DNA of 46,484 nt from IMG/VR virus record IMGVR_UViG_3300012667_000478, positions 1 to 46,484 of that record; one strand, given 5' to 3'. The notes below the pieces were generated by a model that saw only the letters and a list, made by a program, of their open reading frames with translations, was not told the DNA's origin and made no database searches. Shown piece by piece: positions 1-12,000 of the stretch. Position 1 is the first letter of the stretch; every line of letters starts with the position of its first letter. The position numbers and the translations under genes are program-made. This stretch comes from a virus. Its lineage: Duplodnaviria > Caudoviricetes.

Positions 1-2
1 GT

Positions 3-3000
3 GCTGGTACTACTATTGGTGCTGCAATTACAGGTGCTGCATGGTCTAAAGGAATGTCTTTAGTTGGTAAAGCGTTAGGTGCTGCAGGATCTGCTGAAGA
101 AGCTGCTACAATAATTGCTGAAGCTGCTGAGTCAGGTATTGCTGCATCTGCTGATAAATTAAAATATGTTTCTGATCAAGCTTTAAAGAAAACTATTAAA
201 GATGGTGCTAGACAAGGAACTATTGCTATAACTTCTGCATCAGGTGAATCAGGTGCTGAAGCTCGTGAAGCTGAAAAGAATGTATATTATAAATTAACTC
301 ATGATGATTTTGGCAATGAAAAAAGAATGTCAGAAGGTGAGTTAGAATATGCTAAAATGATGTCACAACAAGCAGGTGATGCTGCATTTGCTATGAACTT
401 ACCAGTAATCATGGCTGATAACTGGATTACTTTTGGTAAAGCTTTATTTGGAAATAAAACAAATGACTTTGCTAAAATTATTAAAGAAGGTGCTATTTTA
501 GATGAGGCTACGGGAGCTTATAAAATTGCTGAAAAAGGTAAGTATGCTAACTTAGGATATAGAGCAAGTAAGATTGGTGGTACTATGGCTTCTGAAGGAA
601 CTCAAGAGCAATTACAATTTGCTATTGGTAAAACTGTAGAAGATTATTATAAAAAGAAATACTATAATCCTAATGCTACTGACTTTGCAGATTCAATGAC
701 TAAAGGTTTAGCTGAAGCTTATGGCACTCAAGAAGGATGGCATTCAGGTATTATTGGAGCATTGTCAGCAGGTATTGCTGGTCCAGGTATAGTATTAGCT
801 AGTAGAGGAGGTAAAGCTTTTAAAGATGAATATATAACTAATCCTGAAGATGCTATTATTGCTAAAGGAGTTCAGTCTTTAAATGAATATAATGCTGATG
901 TTGTTAGAAAAAAGTTTGTAGATAATTATGTAAGATCTGCAAATTTAACTGAAGATAAAGATGAAGCTTTAGCTAACAATAATGATTTTGATTACCACAA
1001 TGCTAATGAAGATATGATATTTTCATATATCTATAATAGAATGCAAAATGGTAAGTTAGAAGATGTTAAAAAAGAACTAGATGCTTTTAAAGATTTAACT
1101 GTTGAAGAATTAGAAACTAACTATGGTATAAAAATCAATGTTAATAATAAATCTAAAGTAGATGAATTAACTTCAACAAATGCTGTTAAAAAGTTTGTTG
1201 AATCTAGAATGGAAAAGATTACAGCTATTGAAGATACTTATAATGCTGTAACTAAATTATTTCCTAGTGCAAATCCTGATGTAAAAGAGTTACTTATGTA
1301 TTCTGCTCAAGGATTAGAAAGTTCTAAAAAAAGATCTAAAGAATTAGGTGAAAGTGTAAGTAAGATTTTACTTGGGGAAAATAATTTAGGTGGACAACAA
1401 TTATCTACTATTATACCAGGAATGCTTATTACACCTGCTACTTTTGCAAAAGACTTTGTTAAAATGTCTAAAGAACAAAAGACTAATATATTAAATTATA
1501 TTGAAAGTTCAGATGAAATTTCTCCATTAAATAAACAAGATATTTCTAATAAATTAAAAGATTTAGAATCTTTAAAAGAAAGAGAAAATGATTTTGTTGC
1601 AGCGTATAACGCATTAAAAAATCCTGAAGTACAAAATGAATTTTTAAAACAGTCTGAAACTCTTTGGGGTAAATATTCTAAAATAGAAGAAACTAAAAAA
1701 GCTCAAGAAGCTGCAGCTCAACAAGCTGCAAATCAACCTGCAGCTCAACCTCCAGTTAATCCTAATAATCCAGTTAACCCAGTTAACCCAAAAGCACCAG
1801 TTAATCCTACTAATCAACCAGGAGCAGTTAATCCTTATACTCAGTGGTATACTGATAATAATTTAAATTACAATTCTTCTGAAGAAGAAATTACAAATTC
1901 TTTGCAAGATGATGTTGATAATGGAATACTTAGTAATGAACAAGCAGCAGAAATATTTTCTGACTGGAATAATAATAAAGGTACACAACCTGCAGTTTCA
2001 CAACAACCTGAATCTATTGAAGGTCAATCTCAAAGTGTATTAAGAACAGAAACTAAAAATAGAGATTCTAATGTTACTCAATTTGAAGGAAAATCTATAT
2101 TTTTAGGTGAGTTAAGAGCTAATTTTGGTTTAGCTTCATTCAGTGAAGTTCAAGAATTATTAAAAACAATTATAAGTGAAGGAAAAGATATAAATAAACA
2201 TGTTCGTTTTACAGTAACAGCTAATAATAAAGTTACTTTAAATTTAGTATATGCTGGTGGTCTTCATTTTTTACCTGTAAGTATTATTGAAGAATTTGGT
2301 TTATTTAAAGATAAAGCAGATACAGAATTAACACCAGAACAACTTGAACAAAAGAAAAGATTTCAAGAAGTTATTGATTTATTTTATAATGAAAATGGTC
2401 CTAAAACTGTTCAAGAAATAAATGAATTACATGACAAAGGAGTTATTAAAGTAAACTTAAAAGAATTTTTAAATTATACTATTTCTAATGTAGATAGTAA
2501 TGGAGATTTTATTGATCCATTAATGGAGTTTGATTATCTTGATTATTTATTAGACGAAAATGGTAATCCTAATTACATTGTTAAAGATGGTGCTCGTGAA
2601 TTAAGTGATGATGTTCAAGGAGATTTTACAGCTTTTGAAGAAATAGATAATGAGATTACTGATGGGTATCACTTACTTGTTGAAGGATTACAACAACCAA
2701 TTAAATTAAGACTTGCTCAAAATAAAGAAGCAGGAGCTTTACTTGAACAATTAGGTAAAGATATAAAAGAAGCTATTGATGCTAATGCTAGTACTGCAGA
2801 TATTCAAGATCTTGTTAAGAAATTTAATGAGCAAGTATTTTTTGCATTAAAACCTAAAGGTAAAACATCAGTTGGTATTAACTTACGTTTTGATGAAACT
2901 AATGGTTTACATTTAAGAAAATCAGTATTAAGTAAAGAAGATCCTAATGGTGAACGTAAAACTAATGCTATTCTAGATAAAAAAGAATTTGATGCTATCA

Positions 3001-6000
3001 ATAATTCTAGTTTAGATATTGATCAAAAAACTGAAAAAATTGCAGAGTTAAGTAAGAAAGGTACAATGCCTTCATTAACTAACATTCATCCTGACAAATT
3101 AACTTTAGATTTTCTTATTGAGCAAATTAATAATTCTAATTTAACATCAGGTGCTAGACCATTTAAAGCAGAAGATATTAAATATAATTCACCATTTAAT
3201 GATTCTAAACAATTAGAAACAAGTAGATTTGAAGCACCTATTGGTGTTGAAGGTATTAAAAAATATAATATTGAAATATCTGCAAATATTCCAATTGCAC
3301 CTGTTCAAACACCTGTTCAAACTACTACTACAACTCCTACAGAAGAAGAAGCTAAAAGAATAGATCAATTTAATAGAGCTAAAAAAAGTGGTTTAGAAAG
3401 AATAAAAAATTCTAATAACCCTCAAGTAATTTTTACTGAAATAAATAGGCTTCAAGAAGCTTTAAAAAATACTAAAGGTTCTGAATTAACACCAGAAGAA
3501 CAAACTTTTATTAATGAAAAATTAAAAGAATTAAAAGATAAAGGTTATACTTTTATAGCAAGAAAAGGAACAATAATTCAAGAAGGGGATGTTATAGAAT
3601 TACAAGATTCAACTTTTTTAGAGTTAAATGAAATAAAAGACTCAGAAAATGAATTAATACAAGAAGAACTTAATAGGAGAAAAAAATTAAAACAAAAACT
3701 TATAGATAATGGTTATACAGAAAAAGAAGCTATTATTCAAGCTAAATTACATCCTGATGATAATATAGGAATTGTATCAAGAGATGTAAAGGTTACTTTA
3801 TTAAAAGATGGTGTTTTAGAAAAAGTTGGTAAAGTAACAACTAGATATACAGATATAAAAAATGCAGAACTAGCTGCTTTAGAAGGTGCACCTACTTCTA
3901 CTCCTACAGACTTAGAAGCTCAAAAAGCTGATATAGAAAATAAACTAGGTATAGATTTTACAAAGTTTTATTGGATGGGTACTGGACAAACTATAGATGA
4001 TATATTTAAAGGTAAAAACCAAGGTTCTGATAATACTGTTTCTGCTAAAAATGTAATAGGGTATGACTTAGGAAATGGTTATTTTGCAATAGGAATGAAT
4101 GGACATTCTGTTGATAAATCACGACCTAATAATAATAAGATAGAATTTAAAATATTTAATAAAGGAAATGAACTTTTTATACTTTCATTTACTAAAACAG
4201 GAAGTGATGTATGGACAGAAACAGACCTTAATACTATTAAAAAACAATTAGCTTTAAGAGGAGGTTTTATAAGTAAATTATCTGCTGAAGATATTTTACA
4301 AAAAGTTAATATTGCTAAAAATAAATATGATGCAGAACTAAAAGCTTTAGAAGGTACAACTACTCTTACAAATGAAGAACAACTTGCTAAATATAGAGCA
4401 GATGAACAAGCAGAGTATGATGCTATGTCTGATCCTAATGATACAGCAAAAAAACAAGAAATTTGGAATAGATATAATGATTTAATTACTAATTTATCAG
4501 AAGCAAATAAACCTTTTACAGGAAAACAAGCAGAAATTAAAGATGTTTTAATAGATAAAAATGGTGAAAAATATACAGTTACAAGTTTATCTATTGTTGG
4601 TAAAAATAAAAAAATTCACTATGTAAGAGAAAGTGGTGGTGGTGGAGCTTGGACTCAAGCAGATTTTGAAAATTTTATTTCAACAGGTTCTTTAGAATAT
4701 TATACTGAAGAATCAATTGATGATCCACTTAATGTTCAAAGAGGTAAACAAGATGACGATGATAATGTTTTTTCAGTAGGTGATGAAGAATCTACAGGTA
4801 TTACACAAGAAGAAATTAATAGTATTAAAGCAATATTACCTAAGTTTATTTCTATTGATGACATTAAAACTATTGCTCGTAATTTAAAAGTTAATGGTAT
4901 TCCTTATGGTGTATTTAAAAATAAAGTAATTTATTTAAATACTGCTAAAGGTAAACCTGGTACTGCATACCATGAAGCATTCCATGCTGTATTCAGAACA
5001 ATGTTAACTGATGAACAAATTGATAAATATTTAAAAGCTGCTCAAAAAGATTTTATTAAGTCTGGAAAGAACATGGAACAAGAAATTAACAATCTTATTC
5101 TTAAAGTTCCTGCATATATTAATAAAACTAAAAATGAATTAACTGAATTAGTTTTAGAAGAACATTTAGCTGATAAGTTTAGTGAGGTTGCTCAAAAACC
5201 TATGAGTCAAATAAAAGAATCTGATAACTATCTTAAACAATTATGGTTTAAGATTAAAGAGTTCTTTAAAAACTTAACTAATTTTAATGATTTAGATATA
5301 TTATTTAGTAATATTTTAAAAGGTAGTTTTGTTAATTCTTCTGAAATTGGTAACAGATTTTCTAATAGTACTGATTCAGTATTTAAATTACTTCCTAGAT
5401 TTGTAGGAGGATATTTTAGTGCTGAACAATCTAGAAAGTTTGTAAATACTTTTGCAGCTAAATTATATAAAATTAAAATAGGAGATATTAAAGATATTGA
5501 ATATTATAATGTTCAAGAAGTTAATGGTAATCAAATAAAAACTTTAAAATCTGATGAAAATTTATTAGAACTTTTAGTAGCTGAAAGATTAGATGAATTA
5601 AATAATGCCGGTGTTGCTTATATTAAATCTCAATTTCCTAATGCTCAAAGTGATAATTATAAATTAGCATTAAGTAAATTAAATGATGAAAGACGTTTAT
5701 TATTAGATACTGAAAAAGCTTATAATGGAGAAAGTAGTATTGATATTTTAAAAAGTGCAGTATTAGGTAAATTAAATACTTTTAATTTTGAAACTACTGA
5801 AGATGATCAAGAAAAACAAGAATACAAAGATAAATTTAGTTCACAAGAAGCTTGGTTATCTGGAGGACATGATTCTTTATCTAAAGTTATTAAGTCATAC
5901 ATAGGATTTTCTACAATGCCTGAAGTAGATGAAATTACAGGTCTTGTTCGTGAAGTAGCAGTTGATGAAGTAGCTGTATATAATGGTTTAATTAGACTAT

Positions 6001-9000
6001 TAGCAGATACTAATAAAGAAGATATGATTGCTAAATTACATTATTCTACCAGAGGAAATGATAATCCTAATGTTAAATCATTCTATGAACAAGTACTTAA
6101 AGATTTAGAAATTGCTTATGATCCAGAAACTAATAGTGTAGTATTACCTAAAAATCAAAATAAGATAAATGTATATAATGCAATATTAACTGCTTTTGAT
6201 AAGTCTAATATTCAAATGATTAATGCTTTTCAAAAAGAAAACTTTAAAGGTGATGTTGAAGGTTTTGGTTGGATGAAAGCTAATACTAGAGATACTGGTA
6301 AAATTACACTTGATAGATGGGCTTCTAAATTATTATTCTTAAGTAAGAATGGATTAAATATTAAAAAATTAGCAGCAATTGAAAAACAACTTGATACTAT
6401 TGCTAAAAAATATTATAGTGCAGAAAAAATTAAAGATATTTCTGAAGATGTTCAAAGTGTTCAAGATTTATTTAATCAGTTTGGTGTTAGTTTAACTAAA
6501 CCTTATATTGAATATTCATTATTAAAACAAAAAGAATCTTTTGAAGAAGTAAATAAAACTCAAAAATATTTTACTAAAGATCAATTAAACATTTTAAAAC
6601 TTAATGAAGAAGTAGTTCCTATTTCTTGGGCATTATTTGAACCAACAGGTGGATTCTCATTAAGTAAATCTGTAGATGGTAACATTTTAAATTTATATAA
6701 AGGTAAAAAAGTTGATAATGAATTAACAGTTATTGCTGAAAATAATGCAATTTTTGATGAAACTACTGCAAACTTTTCATTTACTAATGCTGAAGGAGAA
6801 AGAGTTTATGAAATTATTAGTAAGTCTGCTGTTATTGCTGCTATAATTAAATTTAATACTACAAATTTTGCAGAATCTATTACTGGAAGAATTAAGCGTG
6901 ATGAAAAAGGTAGGATTTTAAGAGATGATAAAGGAATGCTTATTTTTGAAGAAGGTACTGCTACTGCAAATTCTTCAGATAGTATTGAATCTAAAAATAT
7001 AGAATTTTTAAAAAGTAACTGGTTATTAAATAAATATTCTGAGTTATTTAACAAAGGTCGTAAAGCAGGTATAAAATTAAACATGCTTAGTGGATTTGTT
7101 GATACTACATTTAATCAAGGTAAAACAAAAGGTGGTATTGTTTTTGGTAAATTTGATCAACGTACTTATTTATTAAGTTCTTTAGGTTTATTTTACAATA
7201 ATGGTAAAAATTCAAATACTGCAAGATACCAATTTAGACAAAATGAATCTTCAGGTACATCTTATGTAGTTGAATTACCTAAAATAAATGTTCAAGGTAA
7301 AAACTTTACAACAGTAGGTAACTTTTTTGTTAATCAATTTACTACTGAATATAATAGAATTAAGAGAGAAGCTCAAGAGTTTAAAAAGAATGGACCAGGT
7401 AATATTAAAACTTACAATACTAGTCTATCAGATAGAGCTTTTGATTTTACTGAGTTTCAATATTTGCAAGATTTATTAGATCCAAAAGGAGCTACTGGAT
7501 CTATGGTTATTTATAATCAAATTAAAAATGCTGCAATTGATGGTCAAGAATTATCAGATGATCATTTACAAAAAGTACTAAGTGCTATTGGTATTACTGG
7601 TAATGAAATTCTTGATAAAAAAGGTAATACAACAACTATGTACACTCCAACAGGACAAGGTTTGTTGGGTATAAACTTTGCAGAATTTAAAAAAGATTGT
7701 GAAAGAAATAGAATTAAAGATTTTTTACCTGCAGATTTAAAAGATAATAATGGAAGTATTGATAATTTTTTATATGAATTTTATATAAATGATTACATGA
7801 TGTCATTATCTTTTAATGAATTATTAGATGGAGATTATGCTTTAAATAGAAAATCAAAAGATGAAATTTCTAAAAGACATAAAGGTGGTATTGCATCAGG
7901 TAACTCTTATGGTAAAGGTAAACATAACTCATCTATTATTAAAGGTATTAAAACAAAAATAACTACTAAAACAATTGATGGTAAATTATTAACAATAACT
8001 AATGAAGATGTAGTTGTTAAATATTATGATGAAAATGGTAAAGAAGTTAATGGTGATGATAATTTTAAAACTAAAAAATCATTTGCTGTTATTAACAATA
8101 CTGAATATGAATTAGCAGAATATGAACCTAATGATGCTCAATCTTATGCTTCTCAATATCATATGATGATGGGTGCATTAAGACAAGGTAGATTAGATGA
8201 AACAACTAGAGAAATTTATAAACAACTTATTCAATTTACTAGAAAAGATGCTAATGGTAATGTAGTTAAAAAAATTAATGTTGGTGATAAAAATGTTCCA
8301 GGATTTGATAATTTTTCTATTCAACATTTATTTAATACAGTGTCATCTTTTAACTCTAAAAAAACAGTAGTGTTTGATGGATTAAAAGGACAATATTTAA
8401 AAATGTCTGAAATAGCAATTGTTAGAAGTGCTGTTTCATATGTTGAAGATTACAATGTAGATAAATTTGTAGATTTAACAAATAGATTATTTGATCATAT
8501 ATTTCAAGATGATTTTGAATCTGCAAGTTATAGATCATTAGTTAGAGAAATATCTAAATTATATAAACCTATTCCAGGTATGGAAGATTTACATAATTTA
8601 GCTAATCAACAAGACTTACATGAAATTGATCATACGGCTGTAGAGTCTGCTTCTAAAGGAGCTACTTATGTTGCTCAAGATCCTAGTTCTACTGATTTTA
8701 ACTTAAGTAAATCTAAATTTGAAGTAATTAATGAAAACAAAAGAAATCAAGTTGAAACTCCAACAGGTAAATCTGAAGTTACAGTAGGTTCTCAAATATT
8801 AGGTATTATTACTTCTGAACAAGATGATACTAAGACAGTTAACTTTCAAGGTAAATTAATAAAAATTGGTAAACTTAAAGAAATTTACTATAGTTCTATT
8901 AATACTACTAGAGATGTTGCATTTAAAAATGCAATTAAAATTATTAAAGATGTTAAAGGTGAAATTTTAGAATATGGTAAAAATAATCCTGGTACAATTG

Positions 9001-12000
9001 ATATTACTAAATTAGATGAGTATGTTAAAAGAGCAATATTAAATTCTGGAGCTGATGCATCATTAACTGAATTTTTTGATACACCATATAATTATAATAT
9101 GGTTCAAAAATTAGTTAAAGCTGAACAAGTTGTTTTAGCACATTTTAGTAAAGGAGTTTTAGCTCAAAAAACTAATGGTGATAAAGTATCTTTAGTTTCA
9201 GGTATAGGATTTAAATTAGTTAGAGATTTAAGTACTGGTGAGATTATATCTCATCATCAAGTAGTTAAAGATCCTGCTAAATATGCAGATAAATCTAAAT
9301 ATAGTACTGATTCTAGATTACAATATAATGCTAAAGATCCAGTAACCGGAGAATTATATTCAGAATGTGCATTGTCACAACAAATTTTAACTAGACATGG
9401 TTTAAAAATTGGTGATAAGATTACTCCAGAAATGACTGAAGTAATGAGATCTTTAGGTTATCGTATTCCTACAGGTGATAAACAATCTGCAATCTCATTA
9501 AGAGTTGTAAGTTTATTACCAGATTACTATAATGGTTCAGGTATATTTCCAGATGAATTAGTTTACTTATCAGGAGCGGATTTTGATATTGACTCTGAGT
9601 TTATTCAAATGCCATATTTTTGGTATAAGAAATCAAGTCCTACAGTACCTATTAAGTATGGTATTGATTTAAATAATGATGACAAATGGGAAGCTTATAA
9701 ATTTTACAATTTAAATTATAATAAAGACTTTGTAAGAATTTACAAAGATGCTGTAAAAACATTAAAAATAACTAATCCTGAATATTTAGAACTTAAAGAT
9801 TTATTAAATTATAATAATGAAATTATTGCAAATTATAAAGAATCTACTGAAAATAGCCCTAGTAAAAAACAAGCTCTTAATGAATTATATGCTCTCACAA
9901 AACAATTACGTTCTCAAATAGAAGGTTTAGAAAACTTTATTTATCAAGCAACTTCTGAAGAATTAGGATTACCTAAAACTCAAAGTGACTATGAAAAAAG
10001 TAAATCACCTAGCCCTCCTGTTGATGCAAATAATACAGGACTAGATGCAATGATTACTTTATTAAGTAATGAATATGTTTCTAATATTACTAACGCTACA
10101 ACTTCTACTGAAGAAGTTATAAAAACTAGAGATAAAATTCTTAAAGAAGGATTTGTTAAAAGTAGTAATACTAAAATAAAATCAGAACATAGAGTTGTTC
10201 ATGATATTGTTGGTAAATTTAATGACAATGTTAAAAACTCTGAAGGTTCTCAAGGTATTGGACCTATTGCAAATAAAATTCAACAGTTTGCGTTTTTGAT
10301 GTCTAAAATAACATCTAAAAATAGAGAAGTTGTATTTGATGAAAATGCTTTTACATTTAAACTAGCAGATACTTCAGGTGGAGTATACAAAGCTTTAAAT
10401 AAAGATGGTAAGCGTATTGCTGATCAATTAAATATGTTATTAAACATGTTTACAGATAATGCTAAAGATCCTATTGCTGGTACTTTAAATATTAAATTAG
10501 AGTTATTAGGTGGAATGGCAGAAATGATTATGCAAGGTATGTCATTTGAAAATGCTGTAAAAATTATTAATATTCCTATTATTCAAGAATATGGACAATT
10601 AATTAAAACATTAAGTTATGGTAAAAAGAATAACATAGAAGAAAAGTTTACTAAGTTTGGTTCTCAAAAAGAAGCTATTCAAAGAATTATTTATGGAGAA
10701 GTAGATCCAACAACAGGTAAATATCTTAAAGAATTTACTTATGATGAATTAACTGAATTAAAACAAAATAAAAACTTTACAAATGTTTCTGTTTCAGAAA
10801 TTGAAAATATTTTAAAAGGTAATGAAAGTAAAGGTACTCAGATTGAAATCTTTATGCAATTTTTAAAAGTTGTAGATCAAGGAGATTTAATGTCAGATGT
10901 TAATACTTTCCTTAAGTTAAATCAAGGTTTAGATATTTCATTTACAGAATTACATCATGATTTACATAAAGCAATTGATAACTTTCAAATTCATGGATTA
11001 ATAGGTACTAAAGATCAAGGATTAGCTACTGTTACAAAACCACATATTGATATTGCTCCATTGTTAGAGCAAGATGTTAATACTTTAGAAAATATTAAAC
11101 GAGCTTTATTTGTTGATAAACAAGTAGGTCAAAAAATATTTATTGAACAAACACAAGTATTTAAATTTGAACTTAATAAATTATTTCCTTCTTTATCTGT
11201 ATCTTTTAGAAATAAACAAGATGAATTACAAAAATTAAGTAAAGCATTTTTAGGTCAAGTTTCTAGTTTAGGTTATCAGGAATGGTTAAAAAATTTATTA
11301 GAAAGTCCTGAAACTAATGAAGCTAATAAAAAATTAATTTCTCAAAAGTTAGATGCTTTAAATTTTGGATTATTATTTAGTTCATTAAATGATGAATCTA
11401 AAATTACATTAGCTAAACAATTAGAGGTTTTACAATCTCATAATACAACAAAAAACAATTATTTTATAAGGTATATTGCTTCTAGATTTTATGATGCTAC
11501 AGCAGTTACTGAAAAATTTAATCCTAAATTTGATTATATTGAAACAAGATCTTTTGTTAAAGAAAGTGATGCTACAATGTCTTTATTAATAGATTCTGTA
11601 AAAGATTTATTTAACAAGAAAGCAATATTAGATGATACTACACAATTAACAGCTAAACAATTTGTAGATAATATGTTTAACTATTTAATGGTTAAAGATA
11701 ATATGCAGTTTAAAAATAACAGTTTATCTAAGTTTTTACCAGTAACTATGTTTGGACAATATTCCAAAATGTTAGATAAAATGGTTGAAAGTTTTGTAAC
11801 AAATAGTAAATTTGCTGAAAACTTTGACTTAGCAGAACTTGCTTATAATTTTAGAAAGATTTATGCAACAGATGTTAATACTCCATTTGGAGCTGTTAAA
11901 TACAAAGAAATAAAAGCAGAATATGAAAATGAAGTAGTTACTAAAGATAAAAAACTTTATTTTAAAGTTAAAGGTAAAGGTAATGAGTTCAAAGATAGTC

